The notes beneath the pieces are model-generated. The model made no database searches, had not been told where the DNA came from, and saw only the letters and a list, made by a program, of their open reading frames with translations. DNA of 64,000 nt from Acetivibrionales bacterium (GTDB lineage Bacteria; Bacillota; Clostridia; Acetivibrionales; DTU013), in the NCBI GenBank assembly GCA_050952225.1, contig JBMNKL010000001.1, positions 238,589 through 302,588 on the forward strand, in the 5' to 3' direction. Within the stretch, counting starts at the first letter, position 1. Each line of letters starts with the position of its first letter. A program made the translations under genes and the position numbers. This document shows, in pieces, positions 1 to 9,340 of the stretch.

Positions 1-68
1 CAGAATATTCTAGTGTTTGGTAAGATGAATTCTAGACTGAAAACTGTTTATTGTCAACTGTTAATAAG

Positions 69-959
69 TTAACGCTCTTTCCCGGCCGCCTTTTTCCTGG
101 CTGCGCTTCCCCTGGCTTCGCCTTCCCTGGCCGCTCTCTTCATGGCCGTTCCCCTGGCACCCGCTCCCGCTTTATTCCCTTTTGTAGCTTCCACGCTGGC
201 TTTCAGCGCCTCCATCAGGTCGATGACATTCGAACGCACTTCCGTAGGACCGGTGACTTCCTTGCCTTCTATTTTCGCCTGGATCAGGTCCCTTAAAGCA
301 TCACGGTATTCATTTTTATAATCCTCGATGTTAAATTCCGAAGTCATATTATCTATGAGGCTTATGGCCATTTTCATCTCGTTGTCGTGAATATCGGCTT
401 TATAATTCAATTCGGAAATATTCTCCGCTTTCCTGATCTCGTCGGGATAATAAAGGAGGTGGAGCAGCATGCCTCCCTTGTCGTAAGGCATTATAACCGA
501 TACGTATTCATTTGAAGTCAGCGTGATTTTAGCAATGCCGACTTTGCCGGCATCCCGCATCGCCCTTTTGAACAGTTCAAAAGCCTTGGCGGCGCCGGGA
601 TTGCCGGGGCTGATATAGTATGCCTTGTCAAGATAAACAGGGTCGATTTTATCTTCCTCTACAAAATGCATTACCGATATGGTTTTTTTAGAGTTGATCG
701 GAAGCTTTTCCAAATCTTCATTTGTCAGAACAACGTACTTGTCTTTCTCATATTCGTAGCCTTTCACAATATCGTCCTGTTGAACTTCCTCGTTACACAC
801 TTCGCAGTATTTTTTATAACGGATGCGGTGGTTGCATTTCTTATGAAGGTAATTCAGCCTGACGCCATCAGCGCCGGATGTGGCAGTATATACGTTTACG
901 GGAAAATAGACCATGCCGAAGCTTATAGACCCTTTCCAGCTTGCCTTCACACATATCAC
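69..959 (-). CDS. ku: Ku protein (bacterial NHEJ DNA-end-binding protein)
   Basis: 296-aa ORF. The N-terminus ASWKGSISFGMVYFPVNVYTAT is the canonical bacterial Ku start, followed by a full Ku core and a Lys/Arg/Ala-rich C-terminal tail. GGAG (962-959) lies 8 nt upstream of an in-frame GTG at 950, so the true start may be 950 (MKASWKG...). No ligD partner is visible in the window. Confidence 0.9.
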   Translation of the reverse strand: MICVKASWKGSISFGMVYFPVNVYTATSGADGVRLNYLHKKCNHRIRYKKYCEVCNEEVQQDDIVKGYEYEKDKYVVLTNEDLEKLPINSKKTISVMHFVEEDKIDPVYLDKAYYISPGNPGAAKAFELFKRAMRDAGKVGIAKITLTSNEYVSVIMPYDKGGMLLHLLYYPDEIRKAENISELNYKADIHDNEMKMAISLIDNMTSEFNIEDYKNEYRDALRDLIQAKIEGKEVTGPTEVRSNVIDLMEALKASVEATKGNKAGAGARGTAMKRAAREGEARGSAARKKAAGKER

Positions 960-1368
960 TCCAATTTCAGCCAGTCCGGCTTTATCGTTTGTTTTCAGCC
1001 GGACCTGCAGTTTGCCGTAAGTTCGTACTTCATTTCATCCCAATTAAGCTGTATTTTGCCGTGGTTGCCCGTGGCTTGCCTGCAGGCCGGCTATAATTAT
1101 TCTGGCTGAAAAGTGATATAATTATGATTTTTTATTTCCACCCAATATGGCTTCTGTTTCTATGAAATTCATACCAGCCGCATTTATCCTTTCGTGGACA
1201 ATGGTCTGCAAATAAATGTTGCCTGCTTAAAAAAAGTAATAATAATGTCATATAAATTTAACATGATTTTAGTTATAAAAGCATATAATAATGTCGATGA
1301 TTTAAGTAGACAAGCTGTTTTTATTTGTATATTTCAAAAGATAAGGGCATTTTAGGGTTGGTGGTTCT

Positions 1369-1491
1369 ATGGAAAGATTTAAAAAATTCATTGAGATGTC
1401 AATCGAATTTATTATTATAAGTTTCATTTACCTGATTATTCTTCCATTCAGGCTGTTATACGGTTTGAGCAACAGGCTGCAATCAAGATAA
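1369..1491 (+). CDS. possible 40-aa hydrophobic peptide (unverified small ORF)
   Basis: ATG at 1369 preceded by GGTGG. Translation MERFKKFIEMSIEFIIISFIYLIILPFRLLYGLSNRLQSR has one predicted TM helix. It sits in an AT-rich intergenic region with no recognisable family, so it could be chance. Confidence 0.25.
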   Translation: MERFKKFIEMSIEFIIISFIYLIILPFRLLYGLSNRLQSR

Positions 1492-1725
1492 TGCGAGCAA
1501 GCACCGGTTAAACCCATAAGATATGGAGAAGACCCGCATAAGCTTTGCCAATACTGTTCATTCCGGCGTAAGGCCATCAATTCGGTTCTTCCAAACGCAG
1601 TGTAACTCTCGCATCTCTGGCGTGGATTTTTGCAAAACTAAATGCAACTTTCTTTGAACTCAGGGTTGCAATAGCTTTTTCAAATGACCGGTGCCAATTT
1701 TACACGGATTACCATACGATGGCGA

Positions 1726-1754
1726 TTGATTGTTACAATACTTTGTAGTATAAT
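1726..1754 (+). promoter_or_regulatory. sigma-A-type promoter upstream of tadA
   Basis: TTGATT (1726-1731), 17-nt spacer, TATAAT (1749-1754), about 45 nt upstream of the tadA start. Confidence 0.45.
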
Positions 1755-1797
1755 CAATTGTGCACGATTTCCCACTTAGGTTCCGGGAGGGCATGGC

Positions 1798-2289
1798 ATG
1801 AAGCACGGTACCGGCTTCCGCTATTACACGCATGAGCAGTATATGGCGCAAGCATTGAAAGAAGCCGGGAAAGCCGCCAAAATTGGTGAAATACCGGTAG
1901 GCGCGGTCGTAGTTAAGGACGGCTCGATCATTGCGAGAGCGCACAATGAAAGAGAGACAAAAAACGATGCGACGCTTCATGCTGAGATTTCAGCAATCAG
2001 GAAAGCAGGCAGAAAGCTCGGGACATGGAGACTGGAAGATTGTGATTTGTATGTGACGCTTGAGCCGTGTACGATGTGTGCCGGCGCCATAATCCAGGCC
2101 AGGATCAGGAACCTGTACATCGGTACGTCCGACCTCAAGGCAGGCGCCGCGGGATCGGTCATCGACGTTTTCAGGGTGGATACATTCAGCCACCGGGTGG
2201 AGGTTACCTGGGGAGTGCTGGAAGAGCAGTGTTCCGGGATATTAAAGGATTTTTTTCGGACCCTGAGAGAACAAAAAGCCGGACAATAG
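1798..2289 (+). CDS. tadA: tRNA-specific adenosine deaminase TadA
   Basis: 163 aa with the CDA-fold zinc motifs HAE (TLHAEISAI) and PCxxC (LEPCTMCAGAI). Size and end-to-end layout are typical of TadA. GGGAGGG RBS upstream. Confidence 0.93.
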   Translation: MKHGTGFRYYTHEQYMAQALKEAGKAAKIGEIPVGAVVVKDGSIIARAHNERETKNDATLHAEISAIRKAGRKLGTWRLEDCDLYVTLEPCTMCAGAIIQARIRNLYIGTSDLKAGAAGSVIDVFRVDTFSHRVEVTWGVLEEQCSGILKDFFRTLREQKAGQ

Positions 2290-2419
2290 GCGAATAAGCG
2301 GCACCGCTGAATAGAATATAACGGCCGGCATCACACTATGATATAACTGGCATTGCCGCGCAATATAACACGCCGGTATTGCCGCATAACATGGCCGGCA
2401 TCCTTACAACAACATATAC

Positions 2420-2508
2420 GGAGAGGTATCGAAGTGGTCATAACGGGGCTGACTCGAAATCAGTTTGTCGGAAACGACACGTGGGTTCGAATCCCACCCT
2501 CTCCGCCA
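2420..2508 (+). tRNA. tRNA-Ser (anticodon CGA), CCA encoded
   Basis: Manual cloverleaf: acceptor GGAGAGG/CCTCTCC, 3-bp D stem, anticodon stem GCTGA/TCAGT with loop CTCGAAA, long variable arm GTCG-GAAA-CGAC (class II), T arm GTGGG-TTCGAAT-CCCAC, discriminator G, CCA. Confidence 0.9.
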
Positions 2509-2517
2509 CAGATCCGC

Positions 2518-2542
2518 AAAAAGCCTTTTTCAAGGCTTTTTT
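2518..2542 (+). terminator. intrinsic terminator after tRNA-Ser(CGA)
   Basis: Hairpin AAAGCCTT-TTTC-AAGGCTTT followed by a T run. Confidence 0.6.
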
Positions 2543-2712
2543 GCATATCTCCCGCTTAATACAAATTGAACCCGCATTCGTCACACCATGTGAAACATAA
2601 GATAAAGTATTTTTAAATTAGAGACGCAATATATGTATAACAAATTGTATACGGTATTTAAGCCATAATTGTATTATATTGCGAATAGTTAATTTCGAAA
2701 GGAAATGGACTT

Positions 2713-3135
2713 ATGGGTACATCAAAAAAACCGCTATTTAGTTATTTGGACTGTATAGAACTCTATACTCCGGACATTAAGCAGGGAATTGAATATTATT
2801 GCAACATTCTTGGATTGAAAGTTTTATGGAAATCAGATTCACAAGCAGGCCTTGGAATGAGTGAAGGAATAACTGAAATTGTCATTCAGAGTGAACGCAA
2901 AGAGCAGAACATAGATATAAAAGTAGATTCAGTAATCGAAGTGGTTAAAGAAATAGAAAAGGCAGGAGGCCAAATTCTATACGGGCCTTTTGACATAAGA
3001 ATCGGGAAATGTGCAGTTGTAAAAGATCCTTGGAACAATAAATATGTAATATTAGACACTACAAAAGGTACTTATATTACTGACAATGAGGGAAATATTA
3101 TTGGACAGAACAAACCTTCCAATAATTCTATTTAG
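2713..3135 (+). CDS. VOC (glyoxalase/bleomycin-resistance/dioxygenase) family protein
   Basis: 140 aa. The N-terminal IELYTPDIKQGIEYYCNILGLKV and C-terminal ILYGPFDIRIGKCAVVKDPWNNKYVIL patterns fit the paired beta-alpha-beta-beta-beta VOC fold. Low-GC gene. Confidence 0.7.
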   Translation: MGTSKKPLFSYLDCIELYTPDIKQGIEYYCNILGLKVLWKSDSQAGLGMSEGITEIVIQSERKEQNIDIKVDSVIEVVKEIEKAGGQILYGPFDIRIGKCAVVKDPWNNKYVILDTTKGTYITDNEGNIIGQNKPSNNSI

Positions 3136-3145
3136 TAAAATATTC

Positions 3146-4004
3146 TCACTTACCCGGATAAACCTTATCGATAGTCCCAATAGCATAAAGAGGCAAGTTT
3201 ATCAGCCAATCCTCTTTTTTGTAATCTGCCATTGAAGTACGCACTGAGATTCTCGGATTGAATTTTTCACGGAAGGTCTTCAAACTTTTTGCCTGCAGGT
3301 TCACTTCGGCTTTTACTTCCAGGGGAATTACATCTTCGCCGTTATCAATAAGAAAATCAATCTCAGCACTATTCCTGTCATTAGTCCAATAATATGTGTT
3401 AATATTTTTAAGCGTTTTCAATTGCTGCAGGACATATTGTTCGGTCAATGCCCCCTTAAACTCCTTAAATAACTCGTTTCTGTCAAGCAGCACATCCTGG
3501 CGCAGGCGAACCATACAGGACAATAATCCGACGTCTAGCATAAATAATTTAAAAGCCTTCAAATCCTCATATGCTTTTTAGAGGCAGATTCGGAGCCGTC
3601 ACCCTGTTAACCATATGCGCAAGCCCGCAATCCGTCAGCCACAACATAGCCATTTCATATTCCTTTGCCCTTGCGCCTTCTTTAATCAAGCCATATATGA
3701 ACTTCTTGTTCTCTTTTGTCAGTTGTGAGGGTATACTGTTCCATAGCATCCTGATGCGTGGAACGACATTATAGGGAGCATGCTTTGAAAAATCCTGCTC
3801 ATAAGCATCCAATATCCGTCCCTGAATTTCTCTTGCCTCGTTAAAATCTTTATTTACAGAAAAATTATTTACCACTTCTGGCATACCGCCTACATAAAAA
3901 TATTGGGAGGTTCCCAAAGCTTTGACCTCCTTGAAATATTTAATGAAAATGCTCCGCAGTATCATATTGTTTGTGCCGGAAGCCTGCTGGGCGTTGCGCT
4001 TCAT
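3146..4004 (-). pseudogene. AAA ATPase with DUF4143 domain, 5'-truncated and frameshifted
   Basis: ORFs 3567-4004 and 3146-3562 together match the middle and C-terminal (DUF4143) parts of the widespread AAA/DUF4143 family (YFYVGGMPEVV, KAFKLFMLDVGLL, YYWTNDRNSAEIDFLI). Reading ...NLPLKS and shifting one frame gives YEDLKAFKLF, so there is a frameshift near 3562-3572. The P-loop N-terminal third is missing. Confidence 0.7.
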
Positions 4005-4118
4005 AAAGGGACATCTTTTCCCGTCGGCAAGGTGCTATAGTCTGAATGAATTTCATGCGGCTAAGACTGCCTCGTCCGGATATTGGACCCAGTGACTTTT
4101 TTTAAGGAAGGGTTAAAG

Positions 4119-4727
4119 ATGATTACATCAGAGAGCATCATGTCAATTCCAAAAAGCGATTTGCAGGAAGCGTCAAAAGCTCTGTGCACGGAAGATATCC
4201 CTCAGCTTGTCGAATGGCTGAACTTGAAGGACGATAATGTCAGATACCATGCATTTCTTCTTTTGCAAAACAGGTCCTTATTCTGTGATGATGTTTATCA
4301 GTATTGGGATACTCTCCGAAGCAAGCTGCGAAGCGATAACTCCTATCAGAGAAGTATCGGACTTATGCTGCTTGCCGAGAACGCAAAATGGGATGCGGAA
4401 AACAGGATGGAAGATACTATTGATGAATTGCTAACGCTGCTAAATGATGAAAAGCCCATAACAATACGCCAATGTATTCAGTCATTAGGCAAAATTGCTT
4501 CATCTAAGCCGGGGTTGAATGAAAAAATAGCTTCCAGGTTAATTTCCTTTGATCTCATGTCCGTCAAAGAGACAATGCGAAAATCCATACTGCTCGATAT
4601 CCTTAATGTACTGAGCGTAATTAGGAAAAAGCTTAAAACAGATGAAATGGAAAGCTTTATCCTAAACGCGTTGTCGGGTGAAATACTTGATAAGAAGTCG
4701 AAAAAGCAAATTGAAGCTCTTCTATAG
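4119..4727 (+). CDS. hypothetical helical-repeat (HEAT/ARM-like) protein
   Basis: ATG at 4119 with AAGGAAGGG RBS 6 nt upstream; the track ORF starts at TTG 4083. All-helical repetitive sequence (VRYHAFLLLQ, IRQCIQSLGKIA). Family not recognised with certainty. Confidence 0.45.
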   Translation: MITSESIMSIPKSDLQEASKALCTEDIPQLVEWLNLKDDNVRYHAFLLLQNRSLFCDDVYQYWDTLRSKLRSDNSYQRSIGLMLLAENAKWDAENRMEDTIDELLTLLNDEKPITIRQCIQSLGKIASSKPGLNEKIASRLISFDLMSVKETMRKSILLDILNVLSVIRKKLKTDEMESFILNALSGEILDKKSKKQIEALL

Positions 4728-4886
4728 CGGGTTTCATGGTACAAGATGAAAGCAGCGTGTTATTACTGTTGAATGATTCCGTATAGCCCATAAAATCGCA
4801 AAAAGATGCATGTGTGTTAAATTGTGCCGCTGGCCCGTTCTTACAGGATAATTGAAGGAATGCCCGGGAAATATTGAGCCGGCGAT

Positions 4887-5759
4887 TTAATTTTCAACAA
4901 TCTCATATCCGCCCCAATACACGGCAAGAGCCTGGTTATCGGTCAGCGAAATGCGTGGCATCTGCGAATCGGCCGTTTGAAGTTTGCTTTCGGGTTGATG
5001 GACGGATATGTAAGCATGGACAAGCGCCAGTCCCGCTGTATTTTTACCGAGCACGCCGCCAATGGTAGGTGTCGCAATAATACTTCCTGCGCTCACGCCG
5101 ACATAGACTTTGTTTGCATATACCATCTTTTTGATAATGGCATCAAAGCCGGTTTCCTTGATACGCCGGAGCAAGTGGCTGGTATCCCCGCCGGTAATAT
5201 AGATTGCGTCAAATTTCATGACTTCATCTTCACTAATGCTGCCGTCAATATCGCAGGTAATAATGTTTTCTTCAGGTATCCCTGCCCTGATAAGCTCACA
5301 CCTGCACATCTCCGCCATTTCTTTCGCTTCGCCGTCAATGGCCGCAGTAGGAATAAACAGCACCTTGGCCTTATTAACCGGCATTCCAAGCATACCTTTA
5401 AACCGGTTCACGATATTCTTTTTTTGCTTTCCGTCCATGTCCTCAAACCCCGCCGAAGTCAGCAAGACATTGCTCCATGCTTGCTTGCCGCTCTCCGCGG
5501 CCCATTTCCGGCAGACTGCTACCCTGGCGCCCTGCGGTTTGTCACCATGCTCGGGATCGAGGTAGGAGTATGCATATAGCTTATCACAGGGTATGATGCA
5601 GCATTCGCCGCAATGGGCATACCCCTTGTCCTGGCAGCATATGGCAATAGGACAATCTCCATGGAAAGGGCGACCCTGCGTTTCAATACATCCGCCGCAA
5701 CCACAGGATTCTTTCCACGGGCAGCCGGTGCAGTGAAGCCCGCAGCGCGAATCAATCAT
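4887..5759 (-). CDS. fusion protein: Cys-rich DUF3795-like domain + peptidase E (S51)-like domain
   Basis: The N-terminal ~75 aa are Cys-rich (CGLHCTGCPW, CGCGGC, CPIAICC, CGECCIIPC). Residues ~105-290 resemble peptidase E/S51 (VLFIPTAA, AIYITGGDTSHLL, YVGVSAGSII with a GxSAG nucleophile elbow). Confidence 0.65.
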   Translation of the reverse strand: MIDSRCGLHCTGCPWKESCGCGGCIETQGRPFHGDCPIAICCQDKGYAHCGECCIIPCDKLYAYSYLDPEHGDKPQGARVAVCRKWAAESGKQAWSNVLLTSAGFEDMDGKQKKNIVNRFKGMLGMPVNKAKVLFIPTAAIDGEAKEMAEMCRCELIRAGIPEENIITCDIDGSISEDEVMKFDAIYITGGDTSHLLRRIKETGFDAIIKKMVYANKVYVGVSAGSIIATPTIGGVLGKNTAGLALVHAYISVHQPESKLQTADSQMPRISLTDNQALAVYWGGYEIVEN

Positions 5760-6169
5760 AGCTGCTCCCTCCTTAAGTTAATAAATTCTTTATCAATCCA
5801 CAGTGTCGCTTCATCTGCCTCAAATTCAAGTATACAATAATTGGGGTCGTCAATCCCTCCCGGAAAATGTTCGATAAACCAGTCAATCCACATTTCTGCC
5901 TTGATAGCAGGGTCTTGTATCACGGACACTTTACCGACCAGGGTTACACTGTTCCCATCCCTGTAAAAACATGCGCTTGCTTTGGGACATGCTTTAAAAT
6001 GCCTTACCTTTACCGATGACAATCCGGTGGCGGCCCAGATTTTCCTTATGCCCTCCGATTTGATTTTTGAAATCACACACGCTCTTGGATAACCGTTTTC
6101 ACTGACGGATGCCAGTATGATCTCGTAGCATTTTTCGAGCATTTCCGAAGCTTTTTTCACGATTTCCAT
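5756..6169 (-). CDS. pyridoxamine 5'-phosphate oxidase-like (FMN-binding split-barrel) family protein
   Basis: 137 aa with a pattern typical of the PNPOx-like/general stress protein 26 family (GYPRACVIS, VTLVGKVSVIQDP, KAEMWIDWF). Its stop overlaps the start of the downstream gene by 4 nt. Confidence 0.65.
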   Translation of the reverse strand: MEIVKKASEMLEKCYEIILASVSENGYPRACVISKIKSEGIRKIWAATGLSSVKVRHFKACPKASACFYRDGNSVTLVGKVSVIQDPAIKAEMWIDWFIEHFPGGIDDPNYCILEFEADEATLWIDKEFINLRREQL

Positions 6170-6330
6170 ATCTAAATACCCCCTTTTTTCCCCAGTATAT
6201 CATACATACCTGACAATAGTATGTCATATTTTCCATGGTTTGTATAATTTTTTATTCAGGCCTATTTTTAAAGTCATGTCGAGTCATGCAGCCTTCGACG
6301 CAGTAAATTGCGCCGTATAATTTGGAACGC

Positions 6331-6359
6331 TTGACAAACCAGGTTAGCATAAGTATATT
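6331..6359 (+). promoter_or_regulatory. sigma-A-type promoter upstream of ccdA
   Basis: TTGACA (6331-6336), 17-nt spacer, TATATT (6354-6359). Confidence 0.45.
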
Positions 6360-6392
6360 GGTAATTACTTAACCGGGGGAAGGAGAGCTGAT

Positions 6393-7058
6393 ATGCAATA
6401 TCTTCTCTTGTTTTTAGAAGGGATTATCACATTCATATCCCCTTGCCTGTTGCCCATGCTGCCCATATATGTTTCCTATTTTGCGGCGGGTGAAACAGGT
6501 AAAAAAAAGGCCTTTACGAACTCGACCGGTTTTGTTTCAGGATTTACCATTATTTTTGTCACCATGGGCGCTTTCGCGGGAACTATAGGAAGACTGTTAC
6601 GCGATTATACAACCGTTTTTAATATCGTGACGGGTCTGATTGTCATCATATTCGGGTTGAATTTTTTAGGGATATTCGAGATAGGTTTTTTGAACCGCGC
6701 AGGCAATAAAAACACCGGTATCAAAAAACCAGGATTTTTCTCCTCCATGCTCTTCGGAATCGTGTTTTCAATTAGCTGGACGCCTTGCGTGGGCGCATTC
6801 CTTGGGTCTGCCTTGCTGATGGCTTCGCTTGGAGGCTCGCCGCTGCAAGGGATTTTAATGCTGCTTGCCTTCTCGTTGGGGCTGGGCATACCGTTTGTAA
6901 TATGCGCGTTGCTCATTGACCGGCTGAAAGGCACATTTGACTTTATCAAGAGAAATTATAAGGTGATCAATATTGTATCCGGCGGGCTGCTCATAGTTAC
7001 CGGCATATTGATGACAACAGGATACATGGGTTATCTTCTTTCATTCTTGACTTTTTAA
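6393..7058 (+). CDS. ccdA: cytochrome c biogenesis / thiol-disulfide transfer membrane protein CcdA (DsbD family)
   Basis: 221-aa polytopic membrane protein. The N-terminal FLEGIITFISPCLLPMLPIY and a second conserved Cys in SWTPCVGAFLG are the two hallmark Cys motifs of CcdA/DsbD-beta. Confidence 0.88.
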   Translation: MQYLLLFLEGIITFISPCLLPMLPIYVSYFAAGETGKKKAFTNSTGFVSGFTIIFVTMGAFAGTIGRLLRDYTTVFNIVTGLIVIIFGLNFLGIFEIGFLNRAGNKNTGIKKPGFFSSMLFGIVFSISWTPCVGAFLGSALLMASLGGSPLQGILMLLAFSLGLGIPFVICALLIDRLKGTFDFIKRNYKVINIVSGGLLIVTGILMTTGYMGYLLSFLTF

Positions 7059-7070
7059 GGAGGAAACATA

Positions 7071-7712
7071 ATGAACAAGAAAGTAAAAACTGTCCTGCTA
7101 ATCATGGCATTTGCCCTGCTTATTGCAATAGCCGTTTTCGCATACAATTCACTCAGCCAAAAGGTATCGCCGCAAAACAATATTGATGTTACGCACAACG
7201 AGGATGAAGCGTCTCAAACGGAACAGGAGACTGAAATGCCTCAAACCGGACAGGAGAATGCAACAGCTCAGACTGAGCAGGATGAGGAAACTGAAAAAGT
7301 GGAAGCGCCTGATTTCACGGTTTTGGATATGGACGGAAATCCCGTCAAGCTGTCTGATATGTTTGGCAAGCCGGTCGTGCTGAACTTCTGGGCAAGCTGG
7401 TGCTCATCATGCAAGACGGCAATGCCCGGGTTTAACGAGGTATACGGGGAAGTCGGGGAAGATATAAGCTTCATGATGGTAAATCTTACGGACGGTCAGC
7501 GCGAAACAACAGAAACCGTCACACAGTATGTAACAGGACAGGGGTTTACTTTCCCCGTCTACTTTGACACGGAACAGGAAGCCGCCTTTGCATACGGTAT
7601 CTGGTCCATACCCACCACTTTATTTATTGATAAGGACGGTTATATTGTAATGGGAGTGCGGGGACCCCTCGATGCGGAAACCTTGAAAAAAGCAATCGAA
7701 TACATAAAATAA
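7071..7712 (+). CDS. membrane-anchored TlpA/ResA-like thioredoxin-fold thiol-disulfide oxidoreductase
   Basis: N-terminal TM anchor, a Gln/Glu/Thr-rich low-complexity linker, then a thioredoxin fold with the active site FWASWCSSCK (CxxC). Lies 12 nt downstream of ccdA, so it is the likely redox partner. Confidence 0.85.
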   Translation: MNKKVKTVLLIMAFALLIAIAVFAYNSLSQKVSPQNNIDVTHNEDEASQTEQETEMPQTGQENATAQTEQDEETEKVEAPDFTVLDMDGNPVKLSDMFGKPVVLNFWASWCSSCKTAMPGFNEVYGEVGEDISFMMVNLTDGQRETTETVTQYVTGQGFTFPVYFDTEQEAAFAYGIWSIPTTLFIDKDGYIVMGVRGPLDAETLKKAIEYIK

Positions 7713-7884
7713 ATATGACATGCCATTCTCCACCGGCCCGCACATGTTCCGGCTTTAAAGACTGTGCCGTTTCCGCATCTGAAAAGGGAATTGCATAAGA
7801 TTATATTAATCATTATAATGGTACTAGTCTTTTGAAAAATTAATCATACTGCACGCAGATAATCTAAAAGGACGGTAAATACAG

Positions 7885-9273
7885 GTGACAAAAGGATTTA
7901 CAGCTTCCATCGAAGCAAAACCGGAGCCAAAAGAGAATAAAATGGGGATAATGCCCATAAACAGGCTTATTATCTCAATGTCCATACCGATGATGATATC
8001 AATGCTCATACAAGCCCTTTATAATATCGTGGACGCAATGTATGTATCACAGCTCGGTGAGAATGCGCTTACTGCCGTCTCCCTGGCTTTTCCGGTTCAA
8101 AACCTGATGATTGCCGCCGGTACCGGAACAGGAGTCGGCGTTAACTCCCTTTTATCCAGGAGCCTTGGTGAAAAAAACAAGGACAGGGTTGACAAAACAG
8201 CGATCAACGGTATATTTCTGATATTCTTAAGCTCAATTTTATTTTTTCTGTCTGGCATTTTCTTCGCGCGCACATTCTTTGAATCGCAGACCAATATTAT
8301 GGAAATCATTGAATATGGCAACGATTATCTTTCAATTGTCACTATGTTTTCGTTCTTTGCAATGGGACAAGTAATATTCGGAAGGCTGCTGCAATCTACA
8401 GGAAAGACATTTTATTCGATGATTTCACAGGCATTTGGCGCAATTGTCAATATTATCCTCGACCCGATTATGATATTCGGCCTTTTTGGGTTCCCACGGC
8501 TGGAAGTTGCCGGCGCCGCGATAGCGACGGTCATTGGACAGGCCATGGCCATGACGCTTGCGATAATCTTCAATATAACATTGAATAAAGAAATAGCCTT
8601 CAGGCTGAAAGGTTTCCGTCCTGACGGTGAAATAATAAAAAAGATTTATATTGTCGGCATTCCGACCATAATAATGATATCCATTGGTTCCATTATGACT
8701 TACGGTATAAACAGGATACTGTTGTCATTCACGCCTACGGCCACCGCTGTTTTTGGTGCATATTTCAAGCTCCAGAGTTTTGTCTTCATGCCGATATTCG
8801 GTTTGAACAACGGGGTGGTACCGATTGTTTCGTACAACTACGGCGCGCGTAAAAAGCAACGGATTATAGAGACAATAAAACTAAGCATAAAATATGCCGT
8901 CTCTATTATGTTAGTAGGATTCGTAATATTTCAGCTGTTTCCCGAAAAATTGCTGTCGATTTTTAATGCATCACCGGATATGATTGAAATCGGCGTGCCG
9001 GCACTCAGAATTATCAGCCTGAGCTTTATATTCGCCGGCTTTTGCATAGTTTCCGGATCAATATTTCAAGGCCTGGGGAGCGGCATTCCAAGCATGACTG
9101 TTTCGCTTGCAAGGCAATTGGCTGCCCTTTTGCCGCTGGCATACCTGCTGTCAAGAATCGGCGGGCTTAAAGCGGTATGGTGGGCTTTCCCCCTCGCCGA
9201 AATCGTTGCCGTTATTTTAATAAGTATTTTCTTGAAATATTTCTATGAAAAAAGAATAAAGACAATCGAATAA
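7885..9273 (+). CDS. MATE family efflux transporter
   Basis: 462 aa, about 12 TM segments, with the typical MATE N-terminus (SIPMMISMLIQALYNIVDAMYVSQLG). An alternative start is ATG 7942 (MGIMPINRL). Confidence 0.88.
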   Translation: MTKGFTASIEAKPEPKENKMGIMPINRLIISMSIPMMISMLIQALYNIVDAMYVSQLGENALTAVSLAFPVQNLMIAAGTGTGVGVNSLLSRSLGEKNKDRVDKTAINGIFLIFLSSILFFLSGIFFARTFFESQTNIMEIIEYGNDYLSIVTMFSFFAMGQVIFGRLLQSTGKTFYSMISQAFGAIVNIILDPIMIFGLFGFPRLEVAGAAIATVIGQAMAMTLAIIFNITLNKEIAFRLKGFRPDGEIIKKIYIVGIPTIIMISIGSIMTYGINRILLSFTPTATAVFGAYFKLQSFVFMPIFGLNNGVVPIVSYNYGARKKQRIIETIKLSIKYAVSIMLVGFVIFQLFPEKLLSIFNASPDMIEIGVPALRIISLSFIFAGFCIVSGSIFQGLGSGIPSMTVSLARQLAALLPLAYLLSRIGGLKAVWWAFPLAEIVAVILISIFLKYFYEKRIKTIE

Positions 9274-9340
9274 CACAAGGCGCTTTTTGCTTGAAGCACC
9301 TGTCGCTGATGATTTCCGCCGCTTCCGGCTGCCCTGCGGT

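Noticed and set aside
960-1110. Possible LigD remnant upstream of ku; the ku frame stays open for ~35 codons (NEVRTYGKLQVRLKTNDKAGLAEIGV)
   Set aside because: The short extension contains no ligase, polymerase or nuclease motif that I can recognise. It is more simply explained as untranslated leader that happens to be open.
2353-2600. ORFs of 68 and 73 aa overlapping tRNA-Ser(CGA). The ORFs at 52121-52354 overlapping tRNA-Arg are the same kind of case.
   Set aside because: They read straight through well-folding tRNA genes and terminators, so they are not coding.
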